From Eledone cirrhosa (Eukaryota), in the NCBI GenBank assembly GCA_964016885.1, contig OZ024748.1:25110001-25174000 (forward strand): 64,000 nucleotides of DNA, written 5' to 3'. The notes under the pieces are model-generated. The model saw nothing but the letters and a program-made list of their open reading frames with translations. It was not told where the DNA came from and did not search any database. Positions 40,301 to 53,712 of the stretch are shown one piece after another; positions within the stretch are counted from its first letter, which is position 1; the number at the start of each line of letters is the position of its first letter. The position numbers and the translations under genes are program-made.

Positions 40301-42965
40301 ATATATGATGGGAGGTGAGGAGTATATGATAGGAGGTGAGAAGTATATGATGGGAGGTGAGGAGTATATGATGGGAGGTGAGGAGTATATGATGGGAGAC
40401 GAGGAGTATATGATGGGAGGTGAGGAGTATATGATAGGGGGTGAGGAGTATTTGATGGGAGGTGAGGAGTATATGATGGGAGGTGAGGAGTATATGATAG
40501 GAGGCGAAAAGTATATGATGGGAGGTGAGGAGTATATGATGGGAGGTGAGGAGTATATGATGGGAGGCGAGGAGTATATGATAGGAGGCGAGGAGTATAT
40601 GATGGGAGGTGAGGAGTATATGATAGGAGGTGAGAAGTATATGATGGGAGGTGAGGAGTATATGATAGGAGGTGAGGAGTATATGATAGGAGGCGAGGAG
40701 TATATGATAGGAGGTGAGAAGTATATGATGGGAGGTGAGGAGTATATGATAGGAGGTGAGGAGTATATGATAGGAGGCGAGGAGTATATGATGGGAGGCG
40801 AGGAGTATATGATGGGAGGCGAGGAGTATATGATGGGAGGCGAGAAGTATATGATGGGAGGCGAGAAGTATATGATGGGAGGTGAGGAGTATATGATTGG
40901 AGGTGAGGAGTATATGATGGGAGGTGAGGAGTATATGTAGGAGGTGAGGAGTATATGATGAGAGGTGAGGAGTATATGATGGGAGGTGAGGAGTATATGA
41001 TGGGAGGTGAGGAGTATATGATAGGAGGCGAGGAGTATATGATAGGAGGTGAGAAGTATATGATGGGAGGTGAGGAGTATATGATAGGAGGTGAGGAGTA
41101 TATGATAGGAGGCGAGGAGTATATGATGGGAGGCGAGGAGTATATGATGGGAGGCGAGGAGTATATGATGGGAGGCGAGAAGTATATGATGGGAGGCGAG
41201 AAGTATATGATGGGAGGTGAGGAGTATATGATTGGAGGTGAGGAGTATATGATGGGAGGTGAGGAGTATATGTAGGAGGTGAGGAGTATATGATGAGAGG
41301 TGAGGAGTATATGATGGGAGGTGAGGAGTATATGATGGGAGGTGAGGAGTATATGATAGGAGGCGAGGAGTATATGATGGGATGTGAGGAGTATATGATA
41401 GGAGGTGAGAAGTATATGATGGGAGGTGAGGAGTATATGATAGGAGGTGAGGAGTATATGATAGGAGGCGAGGAGTATATGATGGGAGGTGAGGAGTATA
41501 TGATGGAGAGGTGAGGAGTATATGATGGGAGGCGAGGAGTATATGATAGGAGGTGAGGAGTATATGATGGGAGGTGAGGAGTATATGATGGGAGATGAGG
41601 AGTATATGATGGGAGGTGAGGAGTATATGATGGGAGGCGAGGAGTATATGATGGGAGGTGAGGAGTATATGATGGGAGGCGAGAAGTATATGATAGGAGG
41701 CGAGGAGTATATGATGGGAGTTGAGGAGTATATGATGGGAGGTGAGGAATATATGACCGGGAGGTGAGGAGTATATGATGGGAGGTGAGGAGTATATGAT
41801 GGGAGGTGAGGAGTATATGATGGGAGGCGAGGTGTATATGATGGGAGTCGAGGAGTATATGATGGGAGGTGAGGAGTATATGATAGGAGGCGAGGAGTAT
41901 ATGTAGGAGGCGAGGAGTATATGATGGGAGATGAGGAGTATATGATGGGAGTCGAGGAGTATATGATGGGAGGTGAGGAGTATATGATAGGAGGCGAGGA
42001 GTATATGTAGGAGGCGAGGAGTATATGATGGGAGATGAGGAGTATATGATGGGAGGCGAGGAGTATATGATGGGAGGCGAGGAGTATATGATGGGAGGCG
42101 AGGAGTATATGATAGGAGGTGAGGAGTATATGATAGGAGGCGAGGAGTATATGTAGGAGGCGAGGAGTATATGATGGGAGGTGAGGAGTATATGATAGGA
42201 GGTGAGGAGTATATGATGGGAGGCGAGGAGTATATGATGGGAGGTGAGGAGTATATGATGAGAGGTGAGGAGTATATGATGGGAGGCGAGGAGTATATGA
42301 TGGGAGGCGAGGAGTATATGATGGAAGGTGAGGAGTATATGATGGGAGGTGAGGAGTATATGATAGGAGGCGGGGAGTATATGATGGGAGGTGAGGAGTA
42401 TATGATCGGAGCCGAGGAGTATATGATGGGAGGTGAGGAGTATATGATGGGAGGTGATGAGTATATGATGGGAGGCGAGGAGTATATGATGGGAGGTGAG
42501 GAGTATATGATGGGAGGTGAGGAGTATATGATGGGAGGTGAGGAGTATATGATGGGAGATGAGGAGTATATGATGGGAGGCGAGGAGTATATGATGGGAG
42601 GTGAGGAGTATATGATGGGAGGCGAGAAATATATTATAGGAGGCGAGGAGTATATGATGGGAGGCGAGGAGTATATGATGGGAGGTGAGGCGTATATGAT
42701 GGGAGGTGAGGAGTATATGATAGGAGGTGAGGAGTATATGATGGGAGGTGAAGAGTATATGATGGGAGGTGAGAAGTATATGATGGGAGGTGAGGAGTAT
42801 ATGATGGGAGGCGAGAAGTATATGATGGGAGGTGAGGAGTATATGATGGGAGGTGAGGAGTATATGATAGGGGGTGAGGTGTATTTGATGGGAGGTGATG
42901 AGTATATGATGGGAGGCGAGGAGTATATGATGGGAGGTGAGGAGTATATGATGGGAGGTGAGAAG
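40301..42965. repeat. 21-bp purine-rich minisatellite, ~125 copies
   Basis: Unit gatgggaggtgaggagtatat with occasional 20-bp variants. Confidence 0.97.
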
Positions 42966-43070
42966 AACTGTGTTACACAGATACGGCCAAATCGAGTCCG
43001 AAACACATCACCTCCCAAACAAAGATTAAGGATTTCTTTTCGTAACCCTTTGTGGCTTATAAAGTAATTA

Positions 43071-43285
43071 AGCGGTAGATTGACAGTATCGGTAGAGCGT
43101 CAGACGCCATGCTTTTCTGCATAGAGTTATGGCCCTTTACGTCTGAGTTCAAATCCTGCCGAGGTTAGCTTTGCCTTTCATCCTTTCGGGGTCGATAAAA
43201 TAAAGTACCAGTAATGCATTGGGGTCGATTTAATCGACTTTCCCCTCTTCCCAAATTGCTGACCTTGTGCCTAATGTAGAAATAA
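43071..43285 (+). mobile_element. SINE family 1, full length
   Basis: Head, body and tail all present. Confidence 0.85.
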
Positions 43286-43734
43286 TAATAATTATTATTA
43301 TATGTGTGTGTAGTGTGTGTGTGTGTGCGTGCGCGTGATTGTGTGTGTGCGTGTGGCGGTGAGTTTAATTATGTGTGTATTTATTTGTGTATTTGATTTC
43401 CGTATAATTTATTTCCATCGGGAAAATACCACAGCTCTGAAGTCAGAACAGTGCAAATATATGGCGTACACATAATCCAACAGATTCCCAAACACACTTT
43501 ACGACCTTTTAACGATTAAACTCGATATCTCTTCTTAATTATGAAGGTAGACAGTACAGAGCTTTCCTGTCTGTTGTCATCAAAATACGCACAAATTCTC
43601 AACAGTTGGCGTACGTGGGCTATACTACAGTTTTATTATTCATATTATTATACAATAATTTTTCATACTTTATGTAAGTTAATTACTCTCTCTCTCTCTC
43701 ACTCACTCACTCTAACCCTCTCACACTCTCTCTC

Positions 43735-43766
<32 letters not shown>

Positions 43767-44159
43767 CCTCTCTCTCTCTGTTTGAGTAACATGTGGAAAC
43801 TGTTATGAAGTGAAAAATTATGGTTTTTTAGAGTCAGCTTATTTCCTGGAAGTAACTAGCAACAGAAGTGACTAAAAGATAAAAATTTAGAAAAATAGCA
43901 AAGCCAACATGTCTGAACTTAAACCTAAACTGAAGTCTGAAAAAAGAGCCATTGTGTAGAGAAAACACGTTTTGTTTAACTATTTACCATATATTTTCTT
44001 CTTTACTCTTTTATAAGTATGTGTGAGGCTGAACATATACTTGCTCTAGATTTCAGAGACGGAGAGACTAATACGTGAACACATATATAACATATATCCC
44101 TTCCAACACATGGCAACTTACAAAACATAAACATAGAGACTAAAATAAGTAGAATAAAC

Positions 44160-44165
44160 AATGTG

Positions 44166-44241
<76 letters not shown>

Positions 44242-44318
44242 CGTGCGTGTGTGTGTGTGTGTATATATGTATGTATTTATATATATACATATATGTATGT
44301 GTGTGTATATATTATACA

Positions 44319-44361
<43 letters not shown>

Positions 44362-44734
44362 TTACAAACATAACTGTAGAGATATATGTATGCATGTATG
44401 TGTGTGTTAGTGTGTGTATGCGTGTGCGTGCGCATTTGTAAATGTATGTGTGTGTGCATGTGTGTGTGCAAGTGTAAATGTGTGCGCGTGTGCGTGTGGG
44501 TGTGTGTACGCGCGCATTTATGAGTGTGCATGTGTGTGTCTGTGTGTGTGTGTGCGCGCCCGTGTGTGTGTGTGTGTGTGTGTGTGTTTGTCTGTCTGTC
44601 TGTGTGTGCGCGCCTGTGTGTGTATGTGTATGTGTGTGTCTGTCTGTGTGCGCGCGCCTGTGTGTGTGTATGTGTGTGTCTGTGTGTGTGTGTGTGCGCC
44701 TGTGTGTGTGTGTGTGTCTGTCTGTGTGTGCGCG

Positions 44735-44830
<96 letters not shown>
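44160..44830. repeat. Compound (TA)n/(TG)n microsatellite
   Basis: Directly visible. Confidence 0.95.
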
Positions 44831-44832
<2 letters not shown>

Positions 44833-45021
44833 TCTATGTACTTTTTTATATTAATAAGATTAGGCAAGCATTATCCTTTGTTAATAAATTCAGCTGAACA
44901 CGGTGCAATCATGTTTGTATTTCTAAAATATAAATATATATTTTTTCAATTCATAACATTTGGAAACAATGAAGAATTTAGAAAAAAATATATTGTTTGT
45001 ATTATCCCCCTTCCTCTACCT

Positions 45022-45366
45022 GAAGGTATGTGGCTTAGTGGTAAGAGTGTTCGGCTCACGGTTCTTAGTCATCAGTTCGATTACCGTCGGCACATTGTGT
45101 CCTTGATCAAGATACTTTATTTCTCGTTGCTCCAGTTCACTCACCTGGGATAAAAAAAATTAATTGTTTCTGTAATTCAAAGGACCAGCTTTGTTACACA
45201 CACACACACACATACATTCACACATACATTGTGTCATGCTGAATCTTCCTGAGAAATACGTTAAATGTACAGGTGTCTTGGGATACTCAACCATTTACGG
45301 ATTAATTTCACGAGTTTTGTTGATGGAAGAACTGGAAGACTCATCGTCGTAAGCGATGGAAGTTCA
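45022..45366 (+). mobile_element. SINE family 2, near full length
   Basis: tgtggcttagtggtaag, gttcgatt, tgtgtccttgatcaagatactttatttc, tail ggaagactcatcgtcgtaagcgatggaag. Confidence 0.7.
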
Positions 45367-45577
45367 ATATTTCCTGTAAATCATAATAACCGTTGTTCCT
45401 AGAAGTATGTAGTCATCTCCTAGTTGCTGTTACCCAATTTATAATGTTGGATATTGTTACTAAAACAACTTTATTTTTATGGAAACTTATGCTATAAGAC
45501 GTTAGGTTAATGTCGGCAAATCTCCCTTTATACCGTTGTTTCTCAAATTTGAATGTAGATCAAGGTCGAAGAAAGAG

Positions 45578-45641
<64 letters not shown>

Positions 45642-45702
45642 CATCTCTCTCTATCTATCTATCTATCTCTATCTATATATATCTCTCTCTCCATATATTA
45701 GA

Positions 45703-45790
45703 TAATCGGGGGTAACCACTGTAAGGTACTCAATACATAGCAGATTTCCTTCGAATGAAACAGTTCCAGCTCGAGTTCTGTAGAAGTCAT
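45703..45790. mobile_element. Element A relic (inverted tail plus GAAAC arm)
   Basis: aatcgggggtaaccac...aaggtactcaatacatagcaga is the reverse complement of the A tail, followed by gaatgaaacagttc. Confidence 0.6.
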
Positions 45791-47832
45791 ATATATATAA
45801 ATGTATACACACACATACATACATACATACACACATACATACATACATACATACATACACACACGCATACATACATACATACATACATACATACATACAT
45901 ACATACATACATACATACATACATACATACATACATACATACATACATGTGTGTGTTTGTGTGTGTATTTCTAAAAGTACACGAGATAATTGAATTACAC
46001 AATCCAGGAATACAATGGGTATAACAGTTATTTGTGTGTGTATTTGCGTAGAATAATTTATATATTTGAAAAAAACGTAGATTAAAAAAGGGGTAAGGAG
46101 GAAAAAAAAAATGAAAATTGCACAGACGGAAACGATAATAAATGTATACAGATATTTATATTTTAACTAACACAAAGTGGTGAAAACTTTGAAAAACAAC
46201 TGCACCAACTCATTGATTGCGCCAGAGAGAAATAGAGAAATAATATCGAAGATGGCTGTCACACGCTAAAATAATTTTTAAAGACTAGCCTAACTGAGGT
46301 ATTATTCAAACGTCTATGACTAATTTTTAATTTTGGTGATTTTACGAAATAAAATGACATATCTCTCTCCTTGTGAAAAACTGAAGAAAACGCCTGTCTG
46401 ACAAACAACAGGCGAGCACACTAGCTCATCGTCCAAAAATATTTTCTGATGAAACGATTTTAGCATATTCTTGGGTATCATCAGTAACGACCTCCTGAGA
46501 TTCTATCCCGCCCCGGAGCGGGGGATTGTTGGCAACAAATGGGACTTCTGACGTAAAGAACTTATTTCCATAATAAACAAAACAGCTGAAACTCCAGTCT
46601 AGTGAGTCATTTGCTGGAACAAACCAGGGTTGAGAACAAAACCGAGAGATGATTGGAGAGACAGAGAGAGAGACCATAAGTAGGAAAACGATTTTAAAAA
46701 TGGAGAAAGATGTAGGAAAACAGTGGGAGATAATAAGGAAGTATAATCATGTAATAAAAGAAAGTATTCGAAAGAAAAAGAAGCAGTAATACAGCAGTGA
46801 GCAGCGGAGAGATAGGAAGTAATATAGCAAAGAAAAAATAAAATTGGAAGATAGAAATACCAAACTAAGTGTAGTAGATAAATAAAAAGTAATGGCGGCT
46901 AGGAGCGTTGGTATTCCTCGCAGTTACTAAAGACATAGTGACATTTAATATAAATGAATGACATCAAGTGTGCTTTTTTAATTAATAAATCTGATTTGTA
47001 TTGACAGAGAAATATTCCTGACCGTATAAATAGTCAAGCTTATTTAAACCAGAATGACCTTATTATCCTAACAATATTATCCAACGGAATACAAAAAAAA
47101 ATCTTCCTATCTGTTGTAGGCCAAAAGAATTAAGTATTAATTTGTTTTAGTATGTGCTGAGTTGAAGTTCAACAGTTGCAACTATAAAATGAGATAAGAG
47201 TAGAAAGATTTTGAGGGAAAGTAGGAAAGAAGTAGAACATATAGAAATATATCAGTTAAAACTGTTGTATTTATTATGATATTACGTTTACTGGGAAACT
47301 AAGAAACTTAGATACGTAATGTTTCTTCGTTTATCTATTTACAAAAACCTACAAATATTTACTGAAACAGCAGTTTCAACATAATTACTGAACTTGTTTT
47401 CTCTCTGACATAACACGTAAATGTTGCCGTACGTTGTCAAATCTATGTCCAATATAGGCAAAGTTTTGTGAATAAGAAATTCGATTCACAACTACGTGGT
47501 CTCAAGTTTAATTCCACTGCTTGAAAAATTTCCAGAACAAAGGTTTTCCACCATAACCTAGAATCAACACCTAAGCTTTGCAACTGAAATTTTGTTGATG
47601 GAAGCTGTGCGAAATCCCACCGGAAGTGGAGTTCCTGTTCGTGGAAAGCAGAAGCAGACTTAACTTGTAGCCCGGTTGTAAAACCTCCTCCACCTGGCCC
47701 TTGAGTGTCTTTATCAGAGCCTACTTTATAGCGTCCGAAACGTTAAGACAGTCATCCTGCTATTTCAAGCGTTAAACTAATATATTCCTTTCATATACTG
47801 TACCGATTGTGTTGTTATTTCTTTTTACCTTT

Positions 47833-47945
<113 letters not shown>

Positions 47946-48147
47946 GTTAGTCTAAAATCTTTTCCTGAGTCCAACCATTCTCGTTGCTGTGGTAATGCGG
48001 CTGGACTGCCGATCGCTATATTTGATTTGCTAAGCTGTCTAAACGTATTGTTATTACTTCTGGGGTACTTTTCCAGCTAAAGCTACAGACCGAATTTGCA
48101 TTCGTTAGCTTGGCCGCAAACTAAAGCTTTGTTAATGCTGTACTTAA

Positions 48148-48181
<34 letters not shown>

Positions 48182-48307
48182 TACATAGATCTGTTGAATA
48201 TGCCTGCCAATTCTAACACATATATATCCTAGAAACGATCGTTAAATAATGAACTTTTTTTGTTTAATATAAGGAACTGTTTCATTGTTTTATTCATTAT
48301 TTTTTTA

Positions 48308-48374
<67 letters not shown>

Positions 48375-48505
48375 GTGAGGTTTTTTTTACAAAATGAAAA
48401 ATAACCGAGGTGTCTTACACGAGTGAAAGTATAAGGAAAAAAGATGAAATCGAAAATGCAACTGGAGTCTTTTTTAAAAATATATATATATATATTTATT
48501 TGGTT

Positions 48506-48545
48506 CCTTTACCGGTTTCGCAGTTCTTCTGCTTTTCAAAAGTAG
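48506..48545 (-). ncRNA. Variant minimal hammerhead motif (UUGAAAA core)
   Basis: ctt-TTGAAAA-GCAG.aagaa.CTGC-GAA-ACCGGT-A-aag; palindromic stem III; next to (TA)n. Confidence 0.45.
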
Positions 48546-48717
48546 AGTTGAGATAGAGGGTCTGTGGTTTTTATCGCATATATATATATATATGTGTGTG
48601 TGTGTATATATATATATATATAAATAAATACCAATGATGGTTGGCAAATCACTGACGAGTGACTAATTTTATAATATGTAACCCATGTGCAACCACGCAG
48701 TATTCCTCTTTCCTCTC

Positions 48718-48757
<40 letters not shown>

Positions 48758-48813
48758 TGTGTATGTGTGTGTATTTATAAATATACACACATACATGTGT
48801 GCTGTGTGTGTGT

Positions 48814-48848
<35 letters not shown>

Positions 48849-48923
48849 AATAAAATATAGAGGTATTAACTCATATTGTTACCCTGCAATTAACAAGCTC
48901 AAAGTATAAATACTGAGCATTAT

Positions 48924-49042
48924 AATATTAATATGTGTAGAAGTAAACACTAAATTCTGTGTCTAAAATTACGAGGGTAGATTTCACCACAAATGTTATA
49001 TATAATTTTAGACACAGGATTTACTGTTTACTTCTACACATA

Positions 49043-49050
<8 letters not shown>
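48924..49050. repeat. Inverted repeat, ~48-bp arms, next to (TA)n
   Basis: atattaatatgtgtagaagtaaacactaaattctgtgtctaaa ... tttagacacaggatttactgtttacttctacacatattaatat. Confidence 0.85.
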
Positions 49051-49113
<63 letters not shown>

Positions 49114-49734
49114 TAAAATAACAGATTAAAGTTTAAGCAAAGAATCGCTGCTTTCACCCTTAACGGGATCTTCTGAAACTAACAAAGTCAATCTGTAAAC
49201 GCAGAAGTGGATATTTCAAAAAACGTCTTCAAATTTATTATTATTACAATATATATATATATATAAAATTTACACTTACTGAATTCTTTCGCCAAATATA
49301 GGGGTTCCCTCCCTTGCTGGACTACACGTGCGTCCAGTAACAGGTCCCCTTGTATTTTTGAACGAAACATCCGCTGAGAAAGCAGTTTTCCACGTTCAGA
49401 AGTCAGATATATTTTTTTTATGTGGGCTGACAGTAATTGATTAAGGAACTGCAGAAACCCAAAAAGCTAGAATTTAACATCCTTCTAGCGGGTCCGGGTG
49501 AGTTTTTACATTCATTTAATCTATTAATTTATTAATTTATTATTTGAGTGACCCGAATTTTCCTGGTCGTTTTTTTCGGCTGTGCGAATGATTCTAGGCT
49601 TCGTCTCTATGTGTTGGTATTTTAACGATAGTTATAGCTCTGGTTCATCCAAACTATTGAGCCCTCTGCCACACATGTCGAAGATTGTTTATCGTTATTT
49701 CGTGGGCCGAGATTCTGATTCTCGATTATTTACT

Positions 49735-49813
<79 letters not shown>

Positions 49814-49818
<5 letters not shown>

Positions 49819-50096
49819 TAAGTTAAAAATGTACATCCACATATGTATACTGAAATACTAGTATGCATATGAATACACACACGTATACATATGTAGATGT
49901 ACCGAGTTTTTCACTGGTCACTTTACTGTGAGTGTCCAGCTATTCTGGACACAGCTGGACAGCTGGACAGCTGGACACTCACAGTAAAGTGACCAGTGAA
50001 AAACTCGGTACATCTACATATGTACACGTGTGTGTATTCATATGCATACTAGTATTTCAGTATACATATGTGGATGTACATTTTTAACTTAATTGT
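49814..50096. repeat. Long fold-back (~125-bp arms) between (TA)n tracts
   Basis: acaattaagttaaaaatgtacatcc...gagtgtccagct / agctggacactc...ggatgtacatttttaacttaattgt; nearly perfect. Confidence 0.92.
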
Positions 50097-50164
50097 TTAA
50101 GCGTCAGTCATACAAAAGTGAGTTACAAACGAAACGAAATTTAATTTCGTTTCGTTATTTGTTG

Positions 50165-50230
<66 letters not shown>

Positions 50231-50444
50231 CCATCGACGGGAGACCTCTTCCGCAAATAGCGGGAGTATTTCTAAGGAAGGTATTATATAGCAAGAGAGA
50301 TAAGAGTGTCCACCATAAAGGGAATCTATGTAACCAACATGCTTTCTGGTTATAAAACCTCTCATACCTTTTATAATCATTACTATTCTTAATTTACTTT
50401 TTATTTCTACCGGAAATTCCTATTGATGGTATTGTGTATGACTG

Positions 50445-50560
50445 ATGGTGGGGGATGGTGGGGGATGGTTGAGGTGGTGGATGGTAAGAAGTAGTAGTGG
50501 TGGTGGTGGTGGTGATGGTGGTGGTGGTTGCAGTGGTGATGGTGGTGGTGGTGGTAGATG

Positions 50561-50610
<50 letters not shown>

Positions 50611-50732
50611 GGTTGGTTGTGGTGGTGGTGATGGTGGTGGTGGTAGATGGTAGTATTAGTAGTAGTAGTGGGTGGTTGTGGTGGTGGTGGTGGTGGTGGT
50701 GGTGGTTGCAGTAGTGATGGTGGTGGTAGATG

Positions 50733-50781
<49 letters not shown>

Positions 50782-50900
50782 GTGGTGGTGGTGGTGGTAG
50801 ATGGTAGTCGCAGTAGTAGTAGTGGGTGGTTGTGGTGGTGGTGGTGGTGGTGGTGATGATGATGATGATGGTGGTGGTGATGGATGGTTGAGATGGTAGT
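50445..50900. repeat. (GGT)n/(AGT)n trinucleotide repeat
   Basis: Directly visible. Confidence 0.9.
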
Positions 50901-51899
50901 GGAATCACCAAAGTGTCAGGCATATTGCTCTGCGGTATTGTTGTGGCTAGTTCAAATATGGCGGAAGATAGAACGACTGGACCATCAGATAAGATGGTGT
51001 CTTGCTGTATTTAATTACCTTTACATTCTGAGTTCAAATCCCACCAAAGTAGACTTTCCTGGTCATTGATCAGGAGTTGATAAGTCCAGGAGATCGATTT
51101 AATCGAAACACCCAGCAACCCACCCACTACTCCAAATATATTTCTAGTTTTGTAACTATGTAAAAGATAGTTTTTACGACTGTTGAAGAAACACATTGCA
51201 TATGAGTCAACAACGGAACCTCTACCTCATCACACTACATGCATGGAATAGCAGTCAATTCTCCCTCAAATCATACACTAATGTTTTAAAATAGAAGGAT
51301 ATATTGGATATATGTTAGTGTGGTGTACTTTGAAAAAGGAAGGGATCACGCGTTTACTCGATCGGAGTTGACCTTGGGTTAAATAACAACAACAACAACA
51401 ACAACAGCAGCAACAATGAACATATACACATACTCAGTGATTTAATTCAACGTCACGTGTAGTCTTGGTAGTCACTGTATCCAATAGCAATTGGATACAG
51501 TGACTGGTTCCTATTTCTTGAGCAACGTGTGTGGTTGGCATAGAACCAACAATTTTATGTTAAGTTCAACATGCTTAGAGATTTCATATGACGTTCTTCT
51601 GTTATTAACAGCCTCTTTAGTAACTGGTAACTAAGGACATAAGCAGGCTTTGATGTTTGGAAATTTCTTGTCATAAGACCCAGTACTGAAACTTAAGTCT
51701 TAATATGCTTGTACACTCCTTCGATCAACAGAAAACAATACGGTTGGGTGAATACCTTCATCTCTTTGATCATCAGAAAACACACGAAGTAGCTATGGTT
51801 GTGTGAACAGCTAGCCACGAGATAGCAATATAGAGTGTTCAACCCAGTGATCTGTCTAGCATTTCGGCAGCCTCAGGAAATATATTGCGTGGGAGAGAC

Positions 51900-52458
51900 C
51901 GGGTGGTATATCTGTGGGAAAAAGGGTGGTATGACTGTGGGGAAGAGGGTGGTATGACTCAAGGGAACAGGGTGGTATAACTGTGGAAAATAAGGTGGTT
52001 ATAACAGTGTGAACCAAGGTGGTATAACTGTGGAAAATAAGGTGGTATAACTGTGGAAATAGGGTGGTATAACTGTGAAAAATAGGGTGGTATAACTGTG
52101 AAAAATAGGGTGGTATATCTGTGGAAATAGGGTGGTATAACTGTGAAAATAGGGTGGTATAACTGTGGAAATAGGGTGGTATGACTGTGGGAGCAGGGTG
52201 GTATAACTGTGGCTAACAGGGTGGTATGGCTTTGGGAACCAGAGTGGTATAACTGTAGGAGCCAAGGTGGCATAACTATGGAAAACGGTGGTATAACGTG
52301 GGAGAAATCGGGTGTTAGAACTGTGGGTAACAGGGTGACATAACTGAGGGGAACAAAGTGGCAGTACTGTGGGAACAGGATGCTATAACTGTGGGAACCA
52401 GGGTGGTATAACTGTAGGAACAGGGTGGTATAACTGTGGGAACGAAGGTGGTATAACT
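51900..52458. repeat. ~22-bp degenerate minisatellite
   Basis: Unit gggtggtataactgtggaaata. Confidence 0.9.
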
Positions 52459-52580
52459 TTCAAAATGATTCCTTGGAATGTTTCGTTGATAAATTCCATG
52501 AACTTCTCATTTCTATCACAGTGAATGATTTATTGATATGCTCATCACATATCAACAGATACAAAACCTTTGACACATCG

Positions 52581-52769
52581 TCTGGATTGGCAGTATCAGT
52601 AGAGGGCCGGACGCCATGCTTTGACGCAAAGAGTTACGTCCCTTTACGATCTGAGTTCAAATCCCGCCGAGGTTAACTTTGCCTTTCATCCTTACGGCGT
52701 CGATAAAATAAAGTACCAGTAATGTACTGGGTAATTGCTGGCCTTGTGCCAAAAGTAGAAACAATTATT
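52581..52769 (+). mobile_element. SINE family 1 (young)
   Basis: Highly similar to 3879-4054. Confidence 0.85.
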
Positions 52770-53364
52770 AGATCAAGAATTTGGACTAAATTTCTTCTGG
52801 AAAACATATATTGGACAATCATATTCAGTTTCTTTAAGTCACCTGTAATATTACCTGAAATGCTAAATGATATACGAGTGAATTCGAAGATCAAATACCA
52901 CCATTTTTAAAACCGAACACGTTCCTGTCTCGCTAGAGTTAAACTCTGTTTTGAACAATGTAGAAAAAATAGTTTTTATTCAATATAGGAAAAATATTCT
53001 GAATGTGTTCGTTTAGAACAATATAAACCTGGCGTCTTTCTAATTATCGACACAACACCAACATTATTTTAGGACACCAACCATTCAGCAGACATTATCT
53101 TTTAGTAAACTTACGCAAACACGCAACAAACGTTAATGTAAACCTTATTTTATTTGGTTACACACAAAATAATATATATTTAGGGCAACATAATACTGTA
53201 AATGTCATTTTCTCAAGTCACAATCAAAATAGATTAGTTCAGCTATATTTCATGAAGTTTCCATTTAAAATAATCAGATATTAAGGGACATTATTTTTTT
53301 ATATATTAGACGGGGGCTAACAGATACAGCTTTTAGATATTGCTGCTTATATTGTTAACTGCAA

Positions 53365-53712
53365 AGTTTGGACGAATGGTTCAAATGTTCGCTTCGCAAT
53401 TACGAGGTCCCAGATTCGATCCCACATCAGGACATCTTAGAAAAGTCTCATTTATCATAGCCTCGGGTCGACCCATACCTTGTGATGGAAACTGGGTAGA
53501 CGGAAACTGTTTGGAAGCTCGACGAGTGAAGCGTACCTGTATTTCAAAGAGATTGTCTTTGTCACACAATGTCACGCTGAATCTCCCTGAGAATTATTTT
53601 GAGCATACACGTGTCTGTGGCATATTCAGCCACTTTCACGGTAATTTCATAAGCAGGCTGTTTCGTTGATCAAACTCATGGAAGACTCCTCGTTGAAACC
53701 GATGGAGTTCCG
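53365..53712 (+). mobile_element. SINE family 2-related element
   Basis: tRNA-like head (ttcgatccc), body and tail shared with 45022-45366 and 56095-56380. Confidence 0.6.

Noticed and set aside
40269-43067. Reflectin-like or extensin-like protein
   Set aside because: Lacks the reflectin M/FD(X)5MD motif; frameshifting 20-bp units recur; no signal peptide.
46381-46425. CTGAAGA plus cgcctgt/acaggcg stem as a hammerhead
   Set aside because: No GAAA after stem II.
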